Part shown: positions 1 through 9,698 of the stretch, piece after piece
Layout: the number at the start of each line of letters is the position of its first letter
Position numbering within the stretch: position 1 is the first letter of the stretch
IMG/VR virus record: IMGVR_UViG_3300046780_000484
Span: 17,628-81,627 of that record
Reading direction: 5' to 3' (one strand)
DNA length: 64,000 nucleotides
Source of the DNA: a virus
Made by a program: the position numbers and the translations under genes
The notes under the pieces: generated by a model
Database searches by the model: none
Seen by the model: only the letters and a program-made list of their open reading frames with translations
Told to the model about the DNA's origin: nothing

Positions 1-2
1 GC

Positions 3-437
3 TCGTTCACCACCATCAAGGGAGCGAAGACCCCGAACCAGGGCGGGTCCTACGCCGGCGACACGATCGAGTCCAAGGTCACCGGCACGATGAGGGGCTA
101 CGCGGACTTCTCGTTCACCGCGTCGTCGCTGCCCTCGGGGGCGCTGAACGCGGGCGTGCCGCTGACGGAGAACGACCACGGGAACGCCCCGGCTGACAGC
201 ACCTCGGCATGGTACGAACTCGCGTTCCCGTCCGGGACAACCTTCGGCGCCGCTGGCATCGGCGCGTGGTCCTGGACGTACAAGGCGGTCGTCGTGACGG
301 TCACCTCACAGCAGGTGTGCCTGCCGCCGGGTCTCTGCTGGGGCATCCCGGTCATCCGGGTCAGCTCCCAGCGGTGGACCGACGCCAGTAGCAACGGGAA
401 CGGCAACCTGGCCGGAGACGGCAACATCGCTGGATAG
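3..437 (+). CDS. hypothetical protein, 5'-truncated by window edge
   Basis: Open frame from window start to TAG at 435-437, GC3-biased codons, converges on terminator. Confidence 0.7.
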   Translation, partial: SFTTIKGAKTPNQGGSYAGDTIESKVTGTMRGYADFSFTASSLPSGALNAGVPLTENDHGNAPADSTSAWYELAFPSGTTFGAAGIGAWSWTYKAVVVTVTSQQVCLPPGLCWGIPVIRVSSQRWTDASSNGNGNLAGDGNIAG

Positions 438-452
438 TCCCTCCGCGCACGC

Positions 453-491
453 CAAAAACCCCCGGCCGCCACTAAGGCGACCGGGGGCTTC
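453..491. terminator. intrinsic terminator ending the late (minus-strand) operon, possibly bidirectional
   Basis: Hairpin CCCCGGCCGCC-actaa-GGCGACCGGGG with A-run at 453-457 (U-tract on minus strand) between convergent genes. Confidence 0.75.
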
Positions 492-518
492 CCGTTGACC
501 GAGGGCGAGCCTACACCG

Positions 519-1061
519 TCAGGCGGCAGGCGGGGCCGGGGGCTGGTCCTCGGCGGTGCCCTCGGAGATCACCAGCGACGTCGCCGCGCTCGACACGACG
601 GTGATCGTGTCCGAGGCGGTCAGCGGCGGCGTCACGGAGTTGTCGGTCACGGTCACGACGGCGGTTCCGTCGGTACCCGCCACGCACAGGCACGACTGGG
701 TGTCGGCGGACGGGACGAGGCTGATAACGCTGCCGTTGTCGACGGACCACACGAGCTGGTCCGAGACCGGCTGGCCCTTGGAGTCCTGCTCTGCCACGGA
801 CAGGGGTACCTGCTGAAGGTCGGTGAGCTGCACGATGTTTCCTTTCCGGATCGTTGGCGTGCCCGGACCCTCCGGTGCAGCCTGGTCAAACGTTGTCGGG
901 TCGGTGGTGAGGAACAGGACGGCGGGGCCTTCAAGCCACTGGTAGTAGAGCGTCGCGACGGCGGTGACGTCGGAGCCCTTGTCCGCCGGGAATCCTCCAC
1001 CCTCAGGAACGACGGTCTCGATGGCGAGTTGCAGCGCGAGGACTCTGTTCTCGGCGGTCAC
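519..1061 (-). CDS. hypothetical protein with Ig-like beta-rich C-terminal half
   Basis: 180 aa ORF with GGAGG RBS; LVWSVDNGSVISL...GTAVVTVT resembles bacterial Ig-like repeats. Confidence 0.55.
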   Translation of the reverse strand: MTAENRVLALQLAIETVVPEGGGFPADKGSDVTAVATLYYQWLEGPAVLFLTTDPTTFDQAAPEGPGTPTIRKGNIVQLTDLQQVPLSVAEQDSKGQPVSDQLVWSVDNGSVISLVPSADTQSCLCVAGTDGTAVVTVTDNSVTPPLTASDTITVVSSAATSLVISEGTAEDQPPAPPAA

Positions 1062-1076
1062 ATACCTCCCGGGTCG

Positions 1077-1241
1077 TTACGTGCGCTGCGGCTTGGAGCC
1101 GACCTGATTGGCGGCTGTCACGAGTTCGGAGGCGATCTCCCCGGCCTCGTCGCGGACGTGGCGGGGGAGGCGGCGGTCCTTGGCGACGGACAGGGCGCGG
1201 GCGGCCTGCTCGAGCACGCTGTCGCGGGCGGCAGCGGTCAT
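1077..1241 (-). CDS. small hypothetical protein (54 aa)
   Basis: GAGG RBS, MTAAARDSVLEQAAR... Confidence 0.5.
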   Translation of the reverse strand: MTAAARDSVLEQAARALSVAKDRRLPRHVRDEAGEIASELVTAANQVGSKPQRT

Positions 1242-1287
1242 GGTTGCCTCCGGGGATTGTCGGGGCGCGGCGGTATGGTGGCGGGTT

Positions 1288-1932
1288 ATGGCTGACGAGG
1301 CAGCGGACCCTGTTGCGTGGCTCCGCGCTCAGATAGAGGCGGACCTGGCGGCAGCCCGCATCATCAATGCCGGCGGCTTCTCTCCGCAGCGCTGGGACAC
1401 TGAGCCGCCGGGGCAGGTGAACCCGGACGACATCCCCCAGAGCGATGCGGTCACCGCCGCTCTCGGCTGCGACCCGGAGTACATCTGCGGCTGGGTCCAG
1501 ATCGTCGCCTACGACAAGCTGAACAACGAGCCAGACGAGGCGTACGGGCGGGACAGCGAAGCCCCGTTCGCCCTAGTGGACAACGGGCGGCGCGAGTTCG
1601 AGCACATCATCCGCCACGACCCGCGCAACGTCGTCGCTGACTGCGAGGCGAAGCTGGCCATCCTGGACGAGCACTACATCCTGCGTAGCAGCGACACTAA
1701 CGAGGCGTACGAGGAGTTCTCCGTGGTCCCGTGGGGAGTCAAGGGCGGTTCAGGCGATCAGGACTCTGGCTGCGTCACCTGCCACTACTACGGGATGGGC
1801 GGCGTGAAGGGCTACGGGATCTGCCGCACCGTCCGCCTTCTCCTCGCCGCCTATAAGCACAGAAGCGGCTACGACGAGCGGTGGGGCGCTACCCCGGCAG
1901 GTACAGGGTCAGGCCCCTCGGCACCGGCTTAG
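1288..1932 (+). CDS. DUF6221-like hypothetical protein, counter-oriented
   Basis: WLRAQIEAD...HIIRHDPRNVVADCEAKLAILDEH...YKHRSGYDERW pattern; -10-like TATGGT just upstream of ATG. Confidence 0.7.
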   Translation: MADEAADPVAWLRAQIEADLAAARIINAGGFSPQRWDTEPPGQVNPDDIPQSDAVTAALGCDPEYICGWVQIVAYDKLNNEPDEAYGRDSEAPFALVDNGRREFEHIIRHDPRNVVADCEAKLAILDEHYILRSSDTNEAYEEFSVVPWGVKGGSGDQDSGCVTCHYYGMGGVKGYGICRTVRLLLAAYKHRSGYDERWGATPAGTGSGPSAPA

Positions 1933-2674
1933 CCGGGTCCACCGTCCCGCTGAACACGCCGTTCAGGTACACCGCCAGTTCGGCCGGAAGCGGCGACGGG
2001 GAGTGCTGAGCGGTCAGCTGGAGGATCACGGCGGCCGTGGTCTTCTGGTCGCCCGCCAGCGTTGCCAGTGATGACATGCCTGCCGTGATCCACTGCCGGG
2101 GCTGCGTCACCGTTCCTCCTTGGCGGATCGACATCGCGAGGGCGATGATCTTGGGGCGCTGGCCGGCTCGCGGGCCCGGACCAGGACACGTATGGCCGTC
2201 CGGGTTCCAGGCCGGGCCGCCCATGACGTGGGTGCCGTACCCCTTCACTGACGGGGAGTCGGTGACCTGCAGCGGGAACCCGGCGAAGCGGCTGAGCAAC
2301 TCCACTAGCTGGGCGCTGGCCGTGATCTGCGCGGCGGTCAGCGGGTTGCGCGGGTTGCCGTCGTCGGCGTGCTCGATGCCGTACCAGGCCCGGTTCGCGG
2401 CGACGGCATGCCAGGCCGCCCATCCTTTCCCGATCGGCCCGAATTGCCAGATCTCGCCGTCCTGGGCGATGCCGAAGTGGGCCGAGGCCTGCCGCGCCGG
2501 GTCGTTGAACACGCCGATCGTGCCGGGCAGGTTTCCGGCCATGGTGTGCATGACCACGCCCATCATGGCACCGGTCTCGAATGCCCCGTTGACGCACGGG
2601 AACGGCTCGTTGTACCTAATGTTCGCCGGACCCGTCACGCGCCCGTCCGCGCTTACGGTGAGCTTGCCGGTCAT
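1889..2674 (-). CDS. endolysin, N-acetylmuramoyl-L-alanine amidase (Amidase_2)
   Basis: VVMHTMAG, ASAHFGI, AWHAVAAN, GIEH, HTCPG zinc-amidase motifs. Confidence 0.88.
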   Translation of the reverse strand: MTGKLTVSADGRVTGPANIRYNEPFPCVNGAFETGAMMGVVMHTMAGNLPGTIGVFNDPARQASAHFGIAQDGEIWQFGPIGKGWAAWHAVAANRAWYGIEHADDGNPRNPLTAAQITASAQLVELLSRFAGFPLQVTDSPSVKGYGTHVMGGPAWNPDGHTCPGPGPRAGQRPKIIALAMSIRQGGTVTQPRQWITAGMSSLATLAGDQKTTAAVILQLTAQHSPSPLPAELAVYLNGVFSGTVDPAKPVPRGLTLYLPG

Positions 2675-3201
2675 GCCGCCCTCCTTCGCTTACGCGCCGC
2701 CTGCTGCATCATGTTGTGACACTGCCGACACCTGCGCTCCCTGTAGCCCTTGTGGGTTTTCCAGTAGGTGTTCTCGGGAGTGAACTCATGGCCGCGCCCG
2801 CATGTGGGCGCAAGTTGATGGCGGCTGGTGCCGTGGCGGATCTTGTCCTGCGCGTTCTCGGCGGGAGTGCCCCACGCCAGGTTGCTAAGGCGGTTGTTGT
2901 GCGGATTGCCGTCGAGATGGCGGACTTGGCAATGCGGCGCTGGACGCGGTTTGTCGAATGCTTCCAGTACCAGTTCATGCACGTAGCGCTTGGATTCGGT
3001 CGCGTTGAGGCAGAGTGTCACGCAGAAGTAGTGACCCTTTGAGCGCTCCCACGGGCGTAGCGCCCCTGCCTTGCGGCGCCACCCGCGCGCATCAAGCCGG
3101 GCAAGCACTCGGACGTTGCCGTGACTGCTGACCTCGTACACGCCCTCATAGCCGGGTACCGGCTTCCAGACTTCGAGGTCGTCAAAGCTAAGCTGTTCCA
3201 C
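2671..3201 (-). CDS. NUMOD4-HNH homing endonuclease
   Basis: EVWKPVPGYEGVYEVSSHGNVR (NUMOD4); VRHLDGNPHNNRLSNLAWGT (HNH); C-terminal CGRGHEFTPEN...CRQC. Confidence 0.92.
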   Translation of the reverse strand: MEQLSFDDLEVWKPVPGYEGVYEVSSHGNVRVLARLDARGWRRKAGALRPWERSKGHYFCVTLCLNATESKRYVHELVLEAFDKPRPAPHCQVRHLDGNPHNNRLSNLAWGTPAENAQDKIRHGTSRHQLAPTCGRGHEFTPENTYWKTHKGYRERRCRQCHNMMQQAARKRRRAA

Positions 3202-3440
3202 GCTGGACCTCTGCTCTTAGCCGGGCAGGTCTGGCGACTGCTCCAGCGGTGTTCCACCACCGCTGGAGCGCCAGAATTCGTACGCCTATTCTAGCAGATC
3301 AGACGGGCCGCGCCGCCCTCGCCGCGTAGTCCCGGTTCCACCGCTCGATGCATCCGGCACACCAGGCGGTGGCCCGTTCCAGCAGCACATAGGCACCGCA
3401 GCGGAAACAGAAGCCGGTCACGTGGCCGCCTCCTTGCTCG

Positions 3441-3839
3441 TCATGTTTCTTCCGTCTTCCCGCTCGCCGTCTTCCGCATCTCCGTGGCACCCCGCCGGGG
3501 CGCCTTCGCGTTCCTCGCGATCGCCCCGAGGGCCTTGATGTCCGCGTGGGCGGATTCGGCTGCCGTGACGGCACGCCTCACCTCATCCAGGACCGCGGCG
3601 AGGCCTCCGGGGCTGTGAGGGTCCAGCAGGCCGGCGTGGGCGTCGAGCCGGGCGCGGATCTCGTCCAGTTCGCCTCCGTGGCCGAAATGCCTCTTCCACC
3701 AGCCAGCGCAGGCACGGCCGATGTGATCCCTGAACAGGAACGCGAACAGGGCGGCGATGAGGCCGCACACGGGCATCGCGATGACGTTGCTCCAGGCCCC
3801 CCCGCCGGGCCACGCGAAGAAAAGCCAGAAGGTGCGCAC
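3441..3839 (-). CDS. membrane protein, lysis region
   Basis: N-terminal hydrophobic segments followed by coiled region. Confidence 0.6.
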   Translation of the reverse strand: MRTFWLFFAWPGGGAWSNVIAMPVCGLIAALFAFLFRDHIGRACAGWWKRHFGHGGELDEIRARLDAHAGLLDPHSPGGLAAVLDEVRRAVTAAESAHADIKALGAIARNAKAPRRGATEMRKTASGKTEET

Positions 3840-4021
3840 GGGGGGCGGCCTAGCCTCTTCGTTCCCACGGCGGCCAGGATGCGCCGGCCAGTACGGCGCA
3901 GCACAGCCCGGCGGCGATGAGGGTGACGGGGTGCAGCCACGCCGTCGAAGGGTGGATGGCGCCGCCCGAGATCAGGAAGGCGATGAAGAACAGGGCCGCA
4001 GCGAGCCACGCGAACATCGCC

Positions 4022-4453
4022 TCACCCCTTTCTTCCGAGGTGCGCGCAGTCCCTCGGGTGGAAGATCGACTTCACGTAGACGCCGAAGGCGCTGATCTCC
4101 TGCTGCTGCGCCTTCGTCCTCGGCGGCGACCCGGGCGCCCGGGGAAGGGTAAGCAGGTGTGTCCAGAGCGTGACCTGCTGAGCCCTGGCGGCGTTCCCCG
4201 CCGTGCACAGGGCCAGTTCGGACTGCTTCGCCGCCGCCGCCGCCGTGTTCGCGTCGTGGGCCTGCACGGCGACGATCGCGATGGTCACGGTGAGCACCAG
4301 ATCCAGGATGATCGAGATGATCAGCCCCCAGATCATGCGCCTGTTCCGGTGCCCGTAGGCGGCGAGGCGCTGGAGTTCGGCTGTCATGTCCGTCAGGGCC
4401 CCGGTGAGGCCCTTCGCTGCCGCCAGCGCCTCGGAGTCCCCTGGCACGGTCAC
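4022..4453 (-). CDS. membrane protein, lysis region
   Basis: Single long TM segment MIWGLIISIILDLVLTVTIAIVAV; C-terminal Cys pair. Confidence 0.65.
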   Translation of the reverse strand: MTVPGDSEALAAAKGLTGALTDMTAELQRLAAYGHRNRRMIWGLIISIILDLVLTVTIAIVAVQAHDANTAAAAAKQSELALCTAGNAARAQQVTLWTHLLTLPRAPGSPPRTKAQQQEISAFGVYVKSIFHPRDCAHLGRKG

Positions 4454-4598
4454 GGTGCTACCAGCCTCTCGTCGTCCTCGCCGCCGGGAGGGTCCGGCCG
4501 CGTCAGGATCGCGCTGAGCGCGTCCACGTTGTCGCGGAGCTCGCCGAGGAGCGCGTCGAGCTGCGCGGCTACTCTCGCGATCTCCGTGTCCTTGGCGC

Positions 4599-4856
4599 TC
4601 ACGGGTCGTCCTCGTCCCCGGTGAGGCCCGCCAGCTTGCCGAGCAGGTAGGACACCTGCTCGGCGTGGCGGAGGGCGTCGCGGGCCAGGGCGCGGATCTC
4701 GTCGGCGGTCATCTCGGTGCCCTTCGCCGCGGCTGATGTCAGCAGGGACCCGATCTCGGTGGCGCCGGGGGTGAGCGCGGCGCGTTCCCGGATGCGGGCT
4801 ACCATCTCGCGCGTCTCCTCGGAGATCCCGTCATCCCCGCCCGGTTCCTCGCTCAT
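4599..4856 (-). CDS. hypothetical protein
   Basis: 85 aa ORF with GGGAGG RBS in operon. Confidence 0.6.
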   Translation of the reverse strand: MSEEPGGDDGISEETREMVARIRERAALTPGATEIGSLLTSAAAKGTEMTADEIRALARDALRHAEQVSYLLGKLAGLTGDEDDP

Positions 4857-5214
4857 GGCCCTCCCGCCGGGTGACCAGTTCCTGAAGCAGCGGCAGCAGG
4901 GCCCCGGTGGTGGCGGTGAACTGGACCAGCAGCGGGACCAGCTGCACTTGCGCGATCTTCAGGGCGTCGTCGCGCTGCTCCTCGGCGCGGGTTTTCTCGG
5001 TGATCAGGCGCTCGTTCTCGGCGACGAGATCCCTGCGTGCCTGCTCCTTGGCCTCGTCGACGGCGGAGCGGGGGACGATGAACCGGAACGCGAACGCCAG
5101 CGCGATGATCCCGATCGGCCCGTAGCCCAGGATGTAGCTGACGATGCTCCCGGCCGCCGTGTCAACGGGGGAGACGTTGGCGGAGAGGGTGGCGATCAGC
5201 GCCCACGATGGCAA
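4831..5214 (-). CDS. holin-like membrane protein
   Basis: TM segment YGPIGIIALAFAFRFIVPR then coiled coil; upstream of endolysin. Confidence 0.55.
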   Translation of the reverse strand: MPSWALIATLSANVSPVDTAAGSIVSYILGYGPIGIIALAFAFRFIVPRSAVDEAKEQARRDLVAENERLITEKTRAEEQRDDALKIAQVQLVPLLVQFTATTGALLPLLQELVTRREGHERGTGRG

Positions 5215-5265
5215 CTCATCCCCCTTCGCGCAGGTCAGGACACTCGGAAGGGGGAGCTGCGGGCG

Positions 5266-5454
5266 TCATAGCAGAGTCAGCTCCGATGGGCGAAAGCTAG
5301 CCGGGGGCCTCCCGTCCAGGTTCACAATCACTACCGCGTTAGAGCCCGTGCCCCGCACGAACCTGATCGAGCCGCGGCGGTGCGGTGCGGCGTTCTCCTG
5401 GACCCGGCGGCCGATCTTCCAGAGTTGCCGGAAGGTTGCCGCTGAGGTGGCCAC
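5266..5454 (-). CDS. small hypothetical protein
   Basis: 62 aa ORF directly after tail protein stop. Confidence 0.5.
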   Translation of the reverse strand: MATSAATFRQLWKIGRRVQENAAPHRRGSIRFVRGTGSNAVVIVNLDGRPPASFRPSELTLL

Positions 5455-5457
5455 GGC

Positions 5458-8400
5458 TCAGCTCCAGTACGAACTCGGCTCGAAATCTGCTTGCAGCACG
5501 ACCGACGCCTCGGCGGGTTCCCTGTCGTCGCCGAACCGGATAACCCGCTTGACGTTCGATATCCGGAAGGTTCCCGTGATCCCGCCGCCGCCGATCTGCC
5601 AGTTCTGGACGGTCACGACGTCTCCGACATTGATCCCTAGCACCAGTGGCCAGGCTGCCGGGTAGGCGGCGGCGTCGATCCGGAGGTTGTCGACGCGGAT
5701 CTGGACCTGCCCGAAGTTGGACAGGATCCAGTCGGCCTGCGACTGCTGCCCCGTCGCGGACTGGAGGTAGGAGTTGACCTGCCTGGGCTGCGCGCCGTAT
5801 TGCGCTTGTGACGCGTTCGCTGATGTCGCGTTCGAGGGGGTGATGTCGGCGAGGCTCGCCCCGTCAGGAGAAAAGGGGGTGATGAGGATGGCGTTCCATA
5901 CCCGCTGCGGGTCGGCGAGCCACCGGTAGCCTTCCCGGTAGTAGGGGTAGGCCGTCAGTGTCGCGCCCGGGGTGGGCGGGGACTGCGGGGTGATCGTCCA
6001 CACCGGGGAGGCGTACTGCGCCGCGAGGTGGGATTTCTGCCAGTACGTCAGGTTGCCGAGGTTGTCGATGAACATCAGCCCGCCATCGCTCTGGGCGATG
6101 TTCTCCAGGTTCTGCCCGGTCTGCTGCCCGCCGATGTCGGTGGCGGCCTGCACCGGCAGGGGGGCGGGGTCGATGCACCGGCCCGGGTAGGTGGCCTGGC
6201 CGTACCCCAGGATCCGCTCGAGCCGCTGGGCCACCGTGTCGCCGAGGGCGGACGCGGAAGCCGGGGGGGATGCCCCGGTCCCGCCGCTGACCTGGCACTT
6301 CCCGGCACCGGAAGCGCCCGCCCCGTAACCGGAGGAAAACGAGTCCCCCGCCCCGGCCACGACAGCGGCTAGCGTCTCGGTCCCGTGGCCGGTCGCGGTG
6401 TACACGTTGAACTGCGCCGCGGCCCCGTTCCACCCGACCCACGCCCAGGTGTTCAGGGTGTAGTTCACGGTGGTCGCCCACGCGGACGGCCCGGAGCTGA
6501 AACCTCCGACGACCGACGTGGCAACCGCCGAGTACGTGACCGTAGCGCTGCCGAAGCCGCCCGAGTACGTGCCGGTGTCGATGCTGCCGTCCGGCGCAAA
6601 GGTGGTGTTGCTGGCCGCCGACCCGGGGGACAGCGTGACAGCGACCGCCTGAGGGGCGGGCACGATCCCGAACGCGGTCATGGCGGCGCAGTAGCGGGCC
6701 AGGATCCGCCAGGCGGGCAGCCGGGACGGGTAGACGGCCAGGTGGGAGAAGGACGCGTTGCCGCCGTGGACGAGGCCGGTGCCGGCGCTGGAGCCGCCGC
6801 TGGCGCCCAGGTCGCCGTTGGCTATGAGCCAGGTCCACGCCGAGGTCATGCCCGCGGCGGTGCCGGATACGACGGCGGTGACGCCGCCGTTCACGTACAC
6901 CGTCCAGGCGGTCGCGGTCATGGTGACGGCGATGTGCCACCAGGAGTCCGACCGCATGTCGGAAGCCGTGTAGATAGAGTGGCTGGTGGGGGTCGCGCCG
7001 CTGTAGGTGATGAAGTTCAGGTGCCCGCTGAGGTCCAGCTGGAGGATGGCGACGGGGTTCGACCCGGTGGCCAGCTCCCACAGGGTCAGGGCAGTGTAAG
7101 GCTGCTGGCAGATGACGATATCGACCTGGCCGGCTCCGGTCGTGGCGGAGGCGCTGCCGCCGAAGAACTGGTAGTTGAACCATCCCTCGACCGTCACCCC
7201 CGCCGACAGCGGCGGGAAGCCCGTGTCGTTGCAGATCAGGACGAAGCCGTAGGACCCTGTGTTACCCAGCTGGCCGCTGGCCTGCCAGGACGCCGAACCA
7301 GGGTTGGACGTGACCGGGTTAGATGTCTGGTATGACGCGGGGCCGCTCTGCGGGTCGCCGTACATCCACCCGGCGTTCGCCGCGAACGCCTCCCCGGCGA
7401 TGGACGGGAGGAGGGTGGGGGCGGTGACGGCGTTGCCGTTGACGCCGTACTGGTTCTGCGCGGTCGCCCCGTTCGGGGACAGGACCACGTTGAGGACATT
7501 CGTGTTGCCCTGCGCCGAGTTCCGCAGCGACGCGGGCAGCACCCCCCCGGTAAGGGGCTGGTCGTCCATCGGCCACCACGCGTACGGGGAGTCCTGGTAC
7601 ACCTCTCCCCGGTACGGGGAGGGGCCGGAGGCGGACAGGACGGACCAGATGTCGGTCCCGGTCCCGGTGATGTACCGGCGGTAGGCGGGGTCGATCTGCT
7701 GCGGCCATTCCTGCATGTTCCGGCTGATGACGTACCAGCGGTTCACGGTAACGCCGCCGATGACGCCGAGCGCCGCGCGGATCCGGAGCGGGGTGCCGGT
7801 CACCAGGTCCGGGTAGTACGGGGATGAGGGGTTGTCGCTGGACAGGTGGGCGTCGAAGTTGTCGAGTTCCATTTCCAGGTTGGTGGCCTGGATGCTGCCG
7901 AGCTGGTACTGGATGCCGGTGGTCTCGTCCCAGGACCACAGCCGGGACGACAGGTCGGTCCAGGTGAGCTGATCCGGGGGGGTCTGGAACCCGCCGCCGA
8001 GCGCCGCCTCGAACTTCAGGTACGGCCAGGCCGGGTTGTTCGCCGCCGGGATCGGGGAGGATCCGGTGACGCGGACCTGGAGGATCACCCCGGACAGGTC
8101 CGATGCGGCCGAGGCGGTCCCGGTCACCGAGATCGACCCCGACGTGGACGGCAGGAACGCGGATGTGAGCACCGCGTCGCAGGTGTTATCCGAGCCATTG
8201 GTCACGCTCACCGCGGACAGCGCCGTCCACGAGGCGGGCGCGAACGCCTGCGTCACGGCCGTGGTGTCGCCGCAGACGCACGCGATGGTGAACGCCTGCA
8301 CGCCCGGGGCTGACAGCGACAGGCCCAGGGAGGTGGCGGCGGCACTGTAGTTCGTGCCGACCCCGGTCACCGTGTCCCACGGGCCCAGCCCGGCGATTTC

Positions 8401-9636
8401 CACGATGAGGCACGCCTGGCCCGCCTGGACGCCATCCGGGGCCACGTACACGTTGCCGGGGGCGCTGGCGAGGTTCGGGGTGTACCAGATGGAGCAGCGG
8501 GAGTCCCCTGCCTGGGACGACACGGCCCACGTGGAGGTGGTCTCGTCGCCGGGCCGCCAGAACGAGTGAATGTCGTCCGCGTCGGCGACCGTGGACGCGG
8601 GCAGCCCGTCCTGGTTCCACCCGGTCAGGCAGAACAGCCAGTTTCCCGCCGTCGGCGTGCCTGAGCCCCCGCCGACGGAACTGGCGGGGGTCAGCGACAC
8701 GACGAGGCTCTGCAGCCTGGGGGGGGTCGTGCCGAACGAGGGCGGCTGGACGAAATCGGCGGCCCACTGGTTCACGCAGGCCGGGGCCGGGAGGCCGCCT
8801 GCGGCAGACAGGGTGCCGACGCCGGTCAGGGTGGCGGTGACCGCCTGGGTGGCGCCCGCCGTCAGGGTGCCGGCGCCTGCGAGGGTGGCGTTGCCCGCGC
8901 CGGCCCGCACGGCGGACAGCGTGCCGACGCCGGCGAGGGTGGCGTCGCCCGCCGGGCCGCCCTGCGCCGTCAGGGTGCCGACCCCGGTCAGGGTGGCGGT
9001 CCCGGCGGCAGGCGCGGAGTAGATCAGGGTGATCTGCCCGCCGTTGCCGGACCCGGCGGACCCGTTCAGGGTCGAGGTGGACCCGCCGCCGCCGCCGCCC
9101 GCACCCGGGGAGCCGCCCGCCGACCCGGCGTTGCCGGGGCCGCCGCCGTTACCGCCGGCCGCCCCTCCGCCCGAGCCGGCGGTGCCGCCGGTCCCGCCGA
9201 CGCTGGTCCCGCCGGTACTGCCGGCGCCGCCGGCCCCGGAAGCCCCGCCGGAACCGCCGCCCCCGCCGCCGCCCCGGTTCCCGGTGCCGGTGGACCCGCC
9301 GCCGCCCTGCCCGCCCGCCTTGGCGATCGTGTTACTGCCAGCGGTCCCGCCGGACGAACTGGTCGCGGCGTGGGCGGTGACGGTTACGCTGTCGCCGGGG
9401 AAACTCGTGGAGGTACCGGAGTTCGCCGCCCCGATGGTGAAGTTGTAGACGTTCCCCGGGGTGACCGCGAGGGTGGTCTCCTCGGCGTAGGCACCGCCGC
9501 CGCCGCCGTCGCCGGCCCGGGAGTTGTGCAGCCCGCCCGTGCCGTTAGCGCCCGCCCCCCAGCCCTGGCAGTCCACGCTCGTGACGCCGGCGGGGGCGGT
9601 CCACGAGCCGCTGGAGGTGAAAACTACGGTGGTGAT
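5458..9636 (-). CDS. large minor tail protein (glycine-rich N-terminus, LamG/ConA-like domain)
   Basis: Gly-rich repeats, PYAWWPMDD and WWHIAVTMTATAWTVYVNG LamG-like motifs; downstream of tape measure; coding sequence extends to ATC at 9636. Confidence 0.85.
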   Translation of the reverse strand: MTTVVFTSSGSWTAPAGVTSVDCQGWGAGANGTGGLHNSRAGDGGGGGAYAEETTLAVTPGNVYNFTIGAANSGTSTSFPGDSVTVTAHAATSSSGGTAGSNTIAKAGGQGGGGSTGTGNRGGGGGGGSGGASGAGGAGSTGGTSVGGTGGTAGSGGGAAGGNGGGPGNAGSAGGSPGAGGGGGGSTSTLNGSAGSGNGGQITLIYSAPAAGTATLTGVGTLTAQGGPAGDATLAGVGTLSAVRAGAGNATLAGAGTLTAGATQAVTATLTGVGTLSAAGGLPAPACVNQWAADFVQPPSFGTTPPRLQSLVVSLTPASSVGGGSGTPTAGNWLFCLTGWNQDGLPASTVADADDIHSFWRPGDETTSTWAVSSQAGDSRCSIWYTPNLASAPGNVYVAPDGVQAGQACLIVEIAGLGPWDTVTGVGTNYSAAATSLGLSLSAPGVQAFTIACVCGDTTAVTQAFAPASWTALSAVSVTNGSDNTCDAVLTSAFLPSTSGSISVTGTASAASDLSGVILQVRVTGSSPIPAANNPAWPYLKFEAALGGGFQTPPDQLTWTDLSSRLWSWDETTGIQYQLGSIQATNLEMELDNFDAHLSSDNPSSPYYPDLVTGTPLRIRAALGVIGGVTVNRWYVISRNMQEWPQQIDPAYRRYITGTGTDIWSVLSASGPSPYRGEVYQDSPYAWWPMDDQPLTGGVLPASLRNSAQGNTNVLNVVLSPNGATAQNQYGVNGNAVTAPTLLPSIAGEAFAANAGWMYGDPQSGPASYQTSNPVTSNPGSASWQASGQLGNTGSYGFVLICNDTGFPPLSAGVTVEGWFNYQFFGGSASATTGAGQVDIVICQQPYTALTLWELATGSNPVAILQLDLSGHLNFITYSGATPTSHSIYTASDMRSDSWWHIAVTMTATAWTVYVNGGVTAVVSGTAAGMTSAWTWLIANGDLGASGGSSAGTGLVHGGNASFSHLAVYPSRLPAWRILARYCAAMTAFGIVPAPQAVAVTLSPGSAASNTTFAPDGSIDTGTYSGGFGSATVTYSAVATSVVGGFSSGPSAWATTVNYTLNTWAWVGWNGAAAQFNVYTATGHGTETLAAVVAGAGDSFSSGYGAGASGAGKCQVSGGTGASPPASASALGDTVAQRLERILGYGQATYPGRCIDPAPLPVQAATDIGGQQTGQNLENIAQSDGGLMFIDNLGNLTYWQKSHLAAQYASPVWTITPQSPPTPGATLTAYPYYREGYRWLADPQRVWNAILITPFSPDGASLADITPSNATSANASQAQYGAQPRQVNSYLQSATGQQSQADWILSNFGQVQIRVDNLRIDAAAYPAAWPLVLGINVGDVVTVQNWQIGGGGITGTFRISNVKRVIRFGDDREPAEASVVLQADFEPSSYWS

Positions 9637-9698
9637 GAGATCACCGCCCCGCCGGCTACTTCACGCCAACTTGGATAACTGGCCGGAAACGGGGCAGG

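Noticed and set aside
8790-9330. Repetitive GC-rich DNA in the tail protein
   Set aside because: Encodes Gly-rich and ATLxGxGTL peptide repeats
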